The notes under the pieces were generated by a model. That model was given only the letters and a program-made list of their open reading frames with translations. It did no database searches and was not told the origin of the DNA. Below are positions 48,845-61,498 of a DNA stretch of 64,000 nt, piece after piece; the first letter of the stretch is position 1; each line of letters starts with the position of its first letter. The stretch is from Ramazzottius varieornatus (Eukaryota; Animalia; Tardigrada). The position numbers and the translations under genes were made by a program. The stretch is taken from assembly GCA_001949185.1 (NCBI GenBank), contig BDGG01000010.1:163337-227336 (forward strand), read 5' to 3'.

Positions 48845-51247
48845 GCAATTGCAAAATGATACTTCGTTCGACACCTTACTACTAAAAATCTGAAGAGTGC
48901 TATTCAAACTGCGTGGAAGGAAATGAAAATGTATGTGATGCTAGATGCGCCTTATGGAAGTAATGGTTCCCTTTAATACCAAAGTTTCAAAGGGTATACC
49001 AATTATTGAGCGGACCATGATTGAGATCCTTTCTTCTATGCACGAAACTAACTTAGTTGGGTGAAGCAAATCGGACTTGCCTGACGTGCGGTTTTGCGCA
49101 CTGCAGCTGCATGAAGATGGTAATTTCAAATTTCGTACCATTCATACCACGTCAGGATTCGATCCGATCATAATTTACGATCGGTGGTGTTTAGAGCCGC
49201 CCTTCAACGCAGGGTGGCACACGGGACAGTTGAGTCGTGGGTCGCAGGTTGGACCAACTTGTTCCAAGACAAACATGTGTTAAGTGCAAAACATAACTAA
49301 ATTGCGGTTGATTTAAAGGTCCAGCTAGCAATATAGGTCTGTTTATTCAAACAACTCTCACATCTGATCATCAGAGAACGATTTGCACAAAGGTCCTGGA
49401 TTATTTAATACTGCTTGCATCAGATGATTTGCGGCACTTGGTCCAACCGGGATTTCGAATATTTTCGATTATCGTCATTAGCAAATGGAAGGCATCAGAT
49501 GTCATGAAGGTCGGTCGTGTCGAGATTGCAAGTGCTTGTGAAAAGAATAAGTGTTTCTGGAACTGAATCAGTCGGGTTCTTCAGCTCTATCTTTCTTGGA
49601 AAACGAAGAGTACGTGCTGCCAAGAACGACAAGATGTGGAACCTGCACGCGCGGACACAGAGTTGACGAATTTCATGACGAAGGACATGGCTGTTCGGTA
49701 AAGAGCAGCAGTGCAGGGAACCAGGGATAAGCGGTCATGAAATTCGGGTCTTTACGCCGCGTTCTCGCTACCCGGGACTGATTCACGCGTACGACTCCGT
49801 ACAGGCCCGTACACTATGGGTATTAGAGATCCTATCAGCTGATCTTTCCCGGTAGCGGGATGACCAAGAGCTGATCTCAACTTTCTGTAACGGCCATTCG
49901 GTTCCCACGAGCTAAACAAAAATTATGGCCGTTTCAGATTGTGGGAAAGATGAACGATGGCGCGGCCAGGGTACCAAAAGTACTACGCACCGGCAGATGA
50001 AACAGAGCTTAGCAAATAAGTTGGATAGTGCTATTACCTGACCTCTATGTGCGCTGGCACATACATCTTGCTGTGGTACTCTTCCAGATATTCACTAGCG
50101 AAGAACCCAACAAAGTTAGTCCCTGTTCCGTACACCATTTGAAACTTGGTGGTTCAAACCTACTCGAACTCCACATATGTTTGGCTGATCTAACCGTTTT
50201 GGGATAAGTGGTTTTCCAGCGGACCGTACGTTTCCGAAGTCCACATGTGGACCTGTAGACAGTGATGGGTGGGATACACCTTTCGCTGAAACTTGGTGCA
50301 GCACTTTCTCGAAATCAGCGTGACCAAACGAACGAGTTTTAGAACTTCCCCGGTACCCGCATAACCGTGCGACTGCACAAACATACCGCTTTCACCTATG
50401 TACAAAATTATAAAAGACTTCCATAGCATTCTTTAGATAAAATTTTTATTCCTGGGAAATCAACCAGCAGTGTTTCAACAGAAGTCCCAAGTGTAAAGTC
50501 ACACAGTGCACGCCAAGGTTAACCTTGAGAAATGGCGGGGGATCGGATCGTGTTATTTTGAAGCAGCTCACCATAAAACAGCGTGTCCAGTTCCCAAATT
50601 TTATTGACTGTAGATCGCGGGCACCATCTAACGCCACTCTGAGCTGGCGCACCAAATAGTAGTTCGTCAAGCTAATAAGAAGTAGAGCTATCAGTTTCTG
50701 ACAGAAAGCTACGCAGCAAAATCACCGAAGTAGCCAATTCGGTCTTATGAAATATCACCGCACGAAACCATTGTAATTGTATGAGATTATCGTTTCAAGT
50801 TTCACAAAAGTTTCTACGGGTTGCTGGAAATCTGAGCTGGAAAAGCACGAAACGGAAAAGGTCGACTAAATCAACTAGCTACTGAAAGTAAATAATCGAG
50901 GTAGGGCAATAATACTATTAAAAACGGAGCAACCCCACAAAAGATCGAAAAGTGGCTGTTCTACTGCGCTTGGTTACGGATTTCAAAATATTTCATCTTC
51001 AATCGCGAACCGTCTAAGACGCGGCAAAACTTTTTGCTAATTGGACGATATCATTGAACACCTCGAAAACTTTTTGGGGCGAATATCAAACAAAATCAAA
51101 GTTATCTAATGGTTTCAGTTTACGCAGTATGAGATTCCCTTGTGAGTGCACTATGTCTGGAACGAGCCTACGAGATTTATTCATTCCGAACTAAGCATAG
51201 CTTTCAATATTTACATTGCCATTTTTCTGTGCTATCCGTTTCCGTTT

Positions 51248-51300
51248 TTCTACATCATTGACAAGCTGCGAGCGAGCCGACGGCGAAGCGAAAAGCTTGT
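51248..51300. repeat. Dispersed hairpin motif, copy 2
   Basis: ttctacatcattg-acaagct-gcgagcgagccgacggcgaagcgaaa-agcttgt. Confidence 0.65.
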
Positions 51301-51632
51301 AACTGCTTATCCCTGCTGGGAACTCCGTGTCGATGTGCCTTCAACTTGAACTACCCCATTGATGGGGTAGTTCAAGACTTCAAGTTCCTAGTGTCTCCGG
51401 CCACCATGCCGAAGACACTAGGAACATGGTTTCAAGATGCAAACCGTTATGGCGTGACCGTACGAGTATTGCTGACAGAACTCAGCCAGCTTTGGCATTC
51501 ACGATACCAGAAGCGTACAGTAGGAGAACCACAATAAAACCGTCCCGAAAAACTACGTAAGCACCAACAAACACAAAAGAACAATACTGTAAGATCCGCG
51601 CGAGCACTGTGAACTACCATTTACTGGCTTCC

Positions 51633-51710
51633 TGACGTCACTGCGGGATTTCGGTGTCATTGTACCGGTAGCCAATAGGCGACCAAAGAGGCGGGTCCAT
51701 AATAAAAAGG
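51633..51710 (+). promoter_or_regulatory. Putative prosaposin proximal promoter (CRE palindrome, CCAAT, TATA-like)
   Basis: TGACGTCA at 51633-51640, CCAAT at 51672-51676 and cataataaaa at ~51698-51707, 150-230 bp upstream of the ATG. Motif match only. Confidence 0.35.
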
Positions 51711-51860
51711 TAAACAAACTGGCTGGAATGCGAAGTGGAAGTGGAGTCATCTGATCAAGGTTCCATCGTCCTCACGCCTCTTCCGACCATTTTCCATAGG
51801 ACTTTTCATTTCCTCCATTTTTGCTACATCAAATTGTCCTTTGTCTTAACTCCCATCACC

Positions 51861-53887
51861 ATGAAGTTTCTCCTCTTTGCCCTGTGTGTTCTAGGAGCAC
51901 AATGTGTGCTAGCCGATCGTCGTGTCGTCTCCTCCATGTCGGGTGGCTGGTCGAGTCCCAAGAAGCACCTCCTCGGTACGGAACAATGCAGCCGTGGTCC
52001 CACCTACTGGTGCCAGAAGATCCAACATGCTCGTCAGTGCTCGGCTATCTCCCATTGTATCCAGACTGTGTGGAGCAAGAATGCCGAGCCCGGAGACAAC
52101 GCTGCCGAATGCCGCTGGTGTGATGCCTTGATGGACGATATTCGAGGCTTGGCCCAGACCAACACTTCCAAGACAGCGATGCGTGGCTACTTGAAGGACG
52201 GCTGCAAGCGTTACCCAGGCTCAGTAGACCGAGGTGAATGCCTGGAAAAGATCTCCATGAATTTGGGAGAGATTCGACAGATGCTGGATGCTGGTGTGCC
52301 TGATCGAACTGTCTGTCAGCTGATCGGATACTGCGAAGCCAATCCGGTATGCTTGATTGTTGATTGAGAGTTCGTGTCGGTTTTGCTTTGTCATGTCATG
52401 TATTGCTTGACGTCATGGTTGCGTGATTTTTTCATTTGAATACCGCGTGTAACGTGATCAAGCTGGCGGCGACATGCGCTTGATGCGGCCAATTTGACTT
52501 TCTGTGGTCGATTGACGCTAACTTTGATTGCGTGGTACAGATCGCACCGGAGGTTGCTCGCGTTGAGCCTGCTTACACCACCGCTCGCAACACTTGCCGC
52601 GACTGTTACAACTTCTTCGATGATGCCAAAGACATCTACTTGGGTAACTACACCGAAGACGAGTACAAGGCCATGTTGGTGCAACAGTGCGAGCAAGCAG
52701 GTTACCCTGCCATCACCGAACTGTGCAAGATGGTTATCGAACAATACTGGCCTCAAATCTACGCTCGTCTGGAAATGTTCTTCGACCCGGAACAGACGTG
52801 TGAGACGTTGAATTTCTGTGATGGCTCGAGCAAGCGACCAAAGGTTCTTCCATGGAGCACGCTTACTTCGTCGCGAGTGCGTGGATCGAACACGGCCAAT
52901 CAACAACCACAACAGTTGCCAATCAACCGTATGCTTCTCAACGTTGGCTCTCTTCCTACCATGGTCAACGCCAAAGCCGTCACCACCAGTAGGTCCTTTC
53001 TTGCGTACGTCCTTTGTGTTCTTCCTATCTCAGCAGCTCATTGAGTGCTCCTTTCATTATTTTAGAACCAGTAGGAAGCGATGTGGAATGTGTGGTGTGC
53101 GAGTTCGTCATGCAGTACGTGGATCGTCTTCTCGAGAACAATTACACCGAAGCAAACATCCAGGGTGCTTTGGACCGAGTCTGCCGAATGATGCCCAAGA
53201 CTGTAAAGGATAACTGCCAAAGTTTCGTGGATCAGTACACTCCAGCCATCTTGGTCATCCTGGGAAATGAGCTCGACCCTGCCATGGTTTGCTCCGGTAA
53301 GCTTAGTTTCATCCACAGTGTTTGGGTTTTGGCTGGGTAGGCGCGGCGCACATTGCCGCAGGTGGCGAGTAGGCGTAAGTGGCCAGTGGTCAAAAAGTTT
53401 CACTTCACTGCCTGCCACAAGTACTGCCTGCCAGAAGCTGGTGCCACAGTATGGCTTGCCATTCTTATCAACGTTTAGACAACAGGTGGTCTGGTGTCGT
53501 GGGTTGTGGTGTCGCTCGCGGCTCAGATGGCTCGAGTTCGAATTCTGAATCGCCGCTGTTTTTCATTTGAAACAACGCTAAATTTTCTTTCTGTTTGCAG
53601 GTTTGAAGTTGTGCGACCAGAACAAGCCCGCCATGAAGGTTTGTGGTCCCGCTACCTGTACGACCTGCACCGAAGTCTTCCAGGCCACCAAGACTCTGCT
53701 GGAGAGCTACGAGGAAAATGCACGCTTGGCACAGTTGGTTAAGGGATACTGCGGATTTCTGCCTGGCGAGGCCAAGACCCAGTGCGAGGACGCCGTGGTA
53801 ATGTACCTGCCGTACGTTCTGCAGATGGCGGCTCAACTGATGTCGCCAGCAGGAATGTGCCATGCTTTCAAGTTTTGTAACTTGTAA
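51861..53887 (+). CDS. PSAP: Prosaposin (signal peptide, 1 SapA + 4 SapB domains; 4 exons, ~483 aa)
   Basis: Exons 51861-52346, 52541-52988, 53066-53296, 53601-53887 join in frame. SapA GTEQCSRGPTYWCQ..A.QCSAISHCIQTVW. Four 6-Cys SapB domains (e.g. ECVVCEFVM...C...CQSFVDQY...P.MVC..LKLC). aataaa-like cataaa near 53933. Confidence 0.93.
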
Positions 53888-56800
53888 TTTCATTTTGACG
53901 CTCTTCCGCATCAACTTGCAAAGCTCAACCCGCATAAACAAATGTGACAATTAGCTTTTATAATCAAAACCGAACTTGGTATTTTTGTTGCTTATGGTTG
54001 ACAATTAATGCTAGCTCTTCCTTTACCTGTAAAATATCGTAAGTTTTCTGCTGAAAATTCAAGCCAGTGAATCAGACAGTTAAATGCCATCGACGACGAA
54101 GGCAGATTGTTGTTGAGGTAGGAAGAAAATCGCTACACTTATGTCTGAGGGTGACTTTGTAGGATGTTGGAAGATTGAGATTGATTTTGACAGCTAGCAA
54201 AACCGGGCAATATTTTCAACCAGATTGTCTGTCCGTATGAATCTGGTTAGGGAATGCACGAGTGCGCCGGAAGGTGTTCATTATGACCATCATCGTGAGT
54301 GTGTTCCTTTCATTTCCGTTGACCGTTCTGAGAATTCAAACCAGCCGTACATTCTTCGGGTTTTCTTACAGGTCGATTTTTGACCAAGCTTCCTAAGCTG
54401 GCAGTGTGCCGGCATGTGTCTCAAAGTTTCAGTGGATGCGGGAACGCTGTTGCAAAGTATTTCAGTGGACTGTTAGTGACATTGTCATTGTTATGTCGAC
54501 AAACCCATTTCAATCCATTTGCGTTTAAAAGATGGCCCGGAGTACGTCGAAAGCCCACTCGAGCTACCTCCAGTTATTTACAGTCTGCACGTGACGTTCG
54601 GCACAAACAGGCCATAAATGGCACTAAAGACCGAAGCCATTAGCCAGTATTTCCGTGTACAAACGAGCTGAACGAGGCACTAAAGACATCGGAACTTGGT
54701 TTCCGATGTTCCCAATGACGTTCATGGTCTCATCACTCCTCCACCCACCTCATTAGTAAGCGGTAGCACTACCGGTCTTCGTCGAGTCAAATATCCAGTT
54801 TGTGGACAAAGCAGGCTACTGGTAATAATACCGCGGAATTGTCGACCAGCATCGTTATGCTTGTAGCGCCAAGCTTGACGTAGTGGAATCCAGGACCTTT
54901 CTTTGATTCCCTGTTGGCCAATGTCAAACGACCAGAGTACGCTAAGGTAAACAGGCAAACCAGGAAGTGGGAGGGAGGAAGCAAATCGCACACTGGCAGG
55001 ATACAGCGCGACCCATTGTCAGGTAACTTTGCCCGACATAGTGCTGGGTATCCTCCGTGCAGTTACAGCGTGCTATAAAGCCTCATTTGTGTCCTTCAGT
55101 GAATACACATTGCGTCATGGCTTTACGTTAGGGGTAAGCGGAAACTCTTTTATCGAACTGCCGATCCGTCGATAGATTACGCAAGAAGCGCTATACCAGC
55201 TCGGCTTTCTCCATATCTCCCCTTTGCAGCCCTCTTCTTCCTGCTGGTACCCATTGACGTCGACCCATCGATTAGGTATGAAACTGACGAACAAGTAACA
55301 CATCATGACATGCCGGCACGCCGTGCAGTTTCTAGTGCGAGACGGGTCGAACAACTTGGGTCGATTGCATGGAGGGAAAAGTACCACAGAGCCAGAAGGA
55401 GGGTCAAACGAACACCAAACGAAGTACGCGCACCACACAACACGGGCCCAGGACTCTATGTAACAGAGCGGAGCCGAAGATCACGTTTCCACTACAATGA
55501 CAAACATCCTTTGCTATGCCATCTTAACGGGGGACAAGCGTGAGTTTTCCCGTACTTGTGCTAGGGTGCATAGATTCGCTCATGCTCTGCTAACGCAAAT
55601 CGCGTTAGGTTTGTATCCCGGTCTTGAACGGTTCCTCCGTCTTCCGATCTGCCCTATCTATCTCTATCTATTTTACGTTAGTCTTACTCATCCGGGACTT
55701 GGTTATAAAGGGCTGGCTGAGTGTGGAGGCATTGCTTCTGCGTCCCATTGAGAAACGCCGTAATGCGCGGCGAGTTTCAAACTCGGCACTGATTACATTG
55801 TCGGTACGCCAATTGTCCTCCTAATAGTTCTTTCATTTTGATATAACTGCAGGTCGCTCCTTAGGCTTGGCTTGTTGCACTACGGTACGTATTGGATCCA
55901 GTATCAACTGTTTATGTTTTAGCTTTAGCCCCGTAGCAAAGTGGATCCTCCACTGTTTGGAAATCCCTATCCCGGATATTAAGTTTCTTGCGTGCCGTTA
56001 TTCTCCCCCAGCTGTGTGTACTGCAAATATGCCACAAAGCTTGCTCTAACACGGCAGCTTCAGTGACAATTTAGATTCTCCTTGCTTGATAGTCCTATTT
56101 CCGCATCGTCTCAATACCTCTCTCCCGAGCAGTCGAAGGTACGTTAACGTCGAAGTCGGAAATTGCAAAATATTCTCGATAAATTTTGGATTTTTGTGTT
56201 TTAAAATGTAGTTGTGTACGTAAAATCTTCGGACGTCGTACATTATGTCAGATCCTCTATTATGCAGTTCGACGTTTCAAAAGCCTCGGGTTTGCACGGG
56301 AAAGTGATTGCATGCTAAGTTGAGAGGTCCTTGATCGGTATAACAAGTATGCCCCAAAGGTGCTAGCTATCATCATCCCCTTGTACCCCACTTTTTTTCT
56401 GCGCAGCCATATAGCCATGGTTTTTTGATCAACGTACCTTTCTGATTACGCGAGAGACAGCCGCGTCAGTGTTATAATAATTAATAACATTGTACAATCG
56501 ACTCCGCCACTCTAGATTCTGCTGATGCACGTATAATAGAAATGAAATTCTACAATGGGTTAAGTACAGCATGACAGAGAGTAGATAAGTGACAACAAGG
56601 AGCAATTACACCTGAGTCACATGAAAAAGCTCTCCGCCGGTATTGAGCTGATTTGAAATGACAGACTTTGTTTGTACTGGTGCTCATACCGAAAAAATCA
56701 ATGAAACCAGGAACTCTTTATTCATCTTGTTTGTGCGTTTTTTACAGTGCTCTTCAAGAGTTCTGATTTACCCCAAGTCTGATCGGACTTCACCGGAAAG

Positions 56801-57428
56801 AGAAAGTGCTGGAAAAAAAGTGCGACGCATCAACATTGGTGGCAGCTGACGAACAGACTCATCAACATAATGGTAAAACCCATCTATAATGACGATCTTG
56901 TCGTTTCAAGTCAATCAACATCAACAGCATTATATTGATGGCGAATGTCATGGACAAATTGTGAACCCGGCGCATTGCCGGAATCTGCCAACGAGCTCAA
57001 CTTAGCTTAGCTGCGGGATATAATCACGGAAATTGCTGCAAATCTTCCATATATAGAGCGACCCTCCAACATTGCGTGCTTCAGCTCCAACACCACGTCG
57101 AACACAGATTACCGCTCGATCGTGTGACTCCATGGTCTATTCTTTACTGTCTTCCTTTTTCACCCGCACGTAACTGCAATCGTGCTGGAATTAAACCTTT
57201 TCAAGAAAGGGCTTTCAGAACGATCTGAGCGTACTTCGATCAAGCCGGAAAAACTCTGACCCTCGAAAGCCGACTTGATCCTTTATCTTCGATTGCCTTA
57301 TGTTGTTTTTTCCTTGATGATCGAGCTTGCTCAGCTCCTGCCTCCTTCTTCTGGATGGTAAGCCCGAATCATTCAAGCACAGTTTAACCGGTCGTGGTCC
57401 GTAGAAGAACCGGGCTCACGTTGAACAT

Positions 57429-57484
57429 CTTCCTTCCTTCCTCCCTTTCTCCCCTCCGTCCTTCCTTCCTTCCTTCCTTCCTTC
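57429..57484. repeat. Imperfect (CTTC)n microsatellite
   Basis: cttccttccttcc...cttccttccttccttccttccttc. Confidence 0.85.
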
Positions 57485-58146
57485 TTTAGTTTCTACGTGC
57501 TCTCGTACCAACCCTCAACCGTGTGGTCCGCGAGGAACGTGCGGAAGGAAGAAAAACACCCTGCGAATAAAGGCCGGCAGAGGATTGATCTGCGTGTGAT
57601 TGAAGGTTGTTGAGTGAGATACTGCATAACCGCCTTTTCCTCCATAACCTAAAACTACGCTCTGTATCGAGTCTGCCCTTCCTCTGCGCGGGAACACGCC
57701 AGTCTCCCATCAACGCGACACAGCTCACTATTCATAAATTTCTCACTGCATGTCGCCTTTTTAATCGATGATCAGAGGAGCCTTTTTCTTCGGGCCGAAT
57801 ACCGCAGTTTAATTGTGTAACCACGCTGGCTGCTTGATCGAACGCGAAGACAACAGTTCTCCTCCAGAGAGCTGCGTAGTGGACACAGTTCAACCAAGCG
57901 ACGCTGGAATTGAGCTATAAATAATTGTACGATCATCTCGTTGGCGCTGCTTCAGCCGATATTTGTACTGTCAACGCCGGCAGATATCCTCCCTTTTTTG
58001 CCTCCTGTTTCTTCCCTATCCGTCGTTATACTGTATTGCTCAATCCGTCGCTCTCTTCCCTTCGATCCAGCCGAAGCCGAAGCCTTACCCGGGCTTAGCT
58101 TCATACCAATCTCACCGGCTTAACTGCATGTCCGATCCTCGATGTA

Positions 58147-59670
58147 ATGCTGCCGGCACCCCTCCTTGCTACGCTCATCTTCTTCCTTCCCAAAATGCGC
58201 TTTCTTGACTCTGGAGGTAACTTGTTGTTCTATCCTCTCAGTTACCACCGTACCGCACTTTCGGCAATTGACTGGAACTATTGAAAAAGTTGTTCCAAAT
58301 CGTATTCGATTTTGGGTTGACGGTTCACCAGTGCTGTAATAACACCCCAGTATATTGATTATATTGATGAATTCGAAAGAATATATATCCCTGCAAGGTT
58401 TAACGTGCGAACTAAAAACTCACTCAAAACTCTTTCGTACTGGATACGGTTCTCAAAACTTCCTCGATAATTCCCAAACGCTTCTAGACGGAACCGTATT
58501 CGTAAACTGAATGGAACGCCTGGGAGCGGACTCAGGAAATTCTCTACGCTGCGTCTTCCTCCCTTAAATCTTTTACGATTGTTTGTAGTTACAATGGTGG
58601 AAGGAGTGGGGTACGAATGGGTCAAAAAATGTTACGAATGCACCAGCGGACCGAACGATGGATGTGACGACCCGGCGCGTCTGTCAAAATGGGCCACCGA
58701 CTGTCCTCGTGGAACCCAAGGCTGCCTGAAGATGAAGGCTCCCGGATGTAAGTTTGATTCACTTATCTTCATCTAAACCCTAATCAGCACCGACGAGTGC
58801 CTTTTTTAATAAGATGAAAGGCTTCTTCATGTCGATCATCATTAGATAACAATAGCAGATCGTTTTCTGATTACATTCGGCCCGTTTACGCACAGACAGT
58901 CGGAAGGTCGACTTCAGTTAGTGTGGGCTACTCAGAATTTACGAGACCGTGCAGCGCGACAGGCGACTCCAGAGAAACAACCGCACACTGCTGGGGTTGT
59001 TCCCGCCCTGATTTCAGACATACTAAACTGACGTAAACCCAATCGAGCAGAATCTAAAATTTTCCAAACTGCGCACAATGTAGCATTTTTTGCTTACCCC
59101 CTCCGTCTCCCAACCTGGAACACACTGTGATGGCAATCGTCAACAAGAAATTCGCCTGGCAGACCGACTTGTAATTTTACGCATGTACGCACATGCCGAA
59201 GCACTTTCTTGTTCGGGATAAACCCGGAAGCACTGCTTTTACCCATACACGTGACTTGGCGTCGACCCATGAGTCGATTGACCCATCATTTTTTTTAAGA
59301 TTATGGGAGCGTATGATCGATCGATTCACTCTATGCAGTGGATGATTCGACTCGTGGGTCGATGGAGAACGCAGCCATATACGAGACGTGACGTGAATTG
59401 CTGGACTTTGCGAACCGACCATTCAATAGTATGGCTTTTGCTGTTCGTTTAGCACCACTGACGCGTTCATGCGGTAATCCACCGGACAGCCCCGTGCCGA
59501 TCAAGGATGGTTGCGTCAACAAGCCCGGCGTGGGCATCATTTGCTCCTGCTCCTCTGGGAGTTTGTGCAACCATACCGTGGCTTTCCGACGCTCCTGCTC
59601 CGCCTCCACACTCTATCTCCTCTTGGCCAGCACTTTTTGGCTCATACATCGACACCTCCATCCGGCATGA
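58147..59670 (+). CDS. Ly6/uPAR three-finger protein, probably GPI-anchored (quiver/sleepless-type architecture), 3 exons
   Basis: Exons 58147-58216 (hydrophobic leader), 58589-58747 (KCYEC...C...DC...GCLK) and 59453-59670 (TRSC...C...CSC...LCN plus hydrophobic tail), joined by phase-1 GT-AG introns. Confidence 0.85.
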
Positions 59671-60445
59671 CGGCGCATAACCGCAGTATTTGATAACCTT
59701 CCCCCACCGATAATCGCTTCGTCGATAGTTGATGAACCAAGGTCACTGCGTAACACGCGAGACACCAATTTGCACACACTTCCATGAAAGAAAGACATTT
59801 TCGAAAAAGGATGGATTTATAACACGATAGTACAATGTGATGCCGAAAGGTCTACATTTCCCGATGCCACGATAATTTATAGAGAGACATACCGGTACCT
59901 TCCGTAGCCTTCTGGGACCATGATGCGTCCCTCTCTCCCGCAAAACATTCGTGCTCTTTTTACGCTGGACTGTGTCTTCTCGATGACAACTTCGTGCTAA
60001 TTTTGTGCGAGAGCAAAGTCACTAGTTTTAATTTTCGAATGCTTGCGTAAGTTTCGTTTTCTGTTCGTGTGCCTATCACCATTAACCATTTTGTAATCAG
60101 TGTACCATTAGCGTCGAATTGTGTAACACTTAAACACACCCGTTTGTCATCCTTTTCCTTGTATTGCTAAAGCCGGCGACAACATGCGATGGGTGTGAGC
60201 TAGCTGATACCTTGACGAAGGATCGAAACGGACTTTTACAACTACCACGTTGAAACTTAGCCGGAAACAGAAGTATAATTTATTGGCCGTGCGTCCGCCT
60301 GTGTACAACAAAAACAGGATAAGACTGACGTTCATGTATTGTGCAATAACAAGATCAAGCATCTATCTTCCTAAAGTTCGACATCTCCTTCTGCCGTTCG
60401 TATAAAAACTGGGAAAAAACTACGGCTTCGGCCGACCGACCTTTC

Positions 60446-61146
60446 CTACTGATACAAGTTGTTTCCTCTAGCCGGGCAGAAGCCAAAGTTGGACAGGTCG
60501 CGACACTGGACCCATTCAGATCGATGGTCAAAGTAAGTATTCGCGTCACAAGTCTGCACTTCAGCCACCATGGAACTTCCCGATCCCTTACAGTAGCACC
60601 AGTAACGACTGCAACAGTCCAAAGCGAAGTATTGAAATTGTCCATTCCGCAGCTGACAGTTGGCTACGCTACAGCGGTCCTTCTGCCATCCGGGCAGATC
60701 AGTCAAACGAGCCAAAGCCGTCGGTGGCTGTGAAGGGCACCAGGTACTGTTGCCTGGTTTGCACTTCATCGTGCTACCATCAAAGTAATTGCCGTCACCA
60801 CAACCGTAGTACCGCGGTTGTTGGGCCGTACAGGTACAGAAGTTACGGGAGCATGGAGAGTTCTCATAGGTACCATCCGGTTTGTTCTTGCAGAATGTGA
60901 TGTCGCATCTGTCGTAACATTTGCTAGCGGGCCACGTTGCGCCGTTGACTGCAAAAGAGTTAACCACTGCTGGACTGGGAGTGGTCGACGCCGTTGTGGT
61001 CGGGGTTGTCGTAATCATGGTGCTCGTGGTCGTGGTTCTCGTAGTCGCCATTGTTGGCGTTGTCGTGGGTATTGTTCTTGGGAAAGCATTCGGACCATCG
61101 ATGCTCTGTCCGCCACCACCTGTACCACCTCCAGTGCCGTTACCAC
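60446..61146 (-). CDS. Terminal exon: Gly-rich start, poly-Thr mucin-like linker and two chitin-binding type-2 (CBM14-like) domains; probable alternative 3' exon of the 61499-63128 gene
   Basis: Acceptor ttgttgttgtag| at 61147. FCKNKPDGTY...CSRNFCTC...YGCGDGNYFD...C and CQLRNGQF...CCSRYWCYC...QTCDANTYFD...QC. No start or signal exon of its own between 61147 and 61499. Confidence 0.75.
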
Positions 61147-61498
61147 CTACAACAACAAATTCTATCGTCTTTGAAAACTGGAAGTCTGCAGCTTTCAATC
61201 AAAACTTTTTGGCTCGCAGGCAGACTGCAGGTTGGTACCTTACATCTAGAGGTGGTACAGGCAATTCTAGTCCGAGGTCTGAGTCAGGCCGGAAGGAAAG
61301 AAGACTGAACGAATGGCTAAAACTCGATCTCGTTTTTATTTTATTACGACAGGCAGGCGCGATTCTTCGTACTACACAAAGTGGACGTTACTGACAAAAA
61401 TACGATAAGTTTTCCTGCGATCTGACTACGAGCCTAAAAATTTACGGTTCGACGGCGCAAACACTTATGGTGCACAGCTGTTGAAATGAAAAAGCAGT

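Noticed and set aside
60921-61394. Plus-strand Val-rich membrane-protein-like ORF
   Set aside because: Antisense reading of the poly-Thr linker codons.
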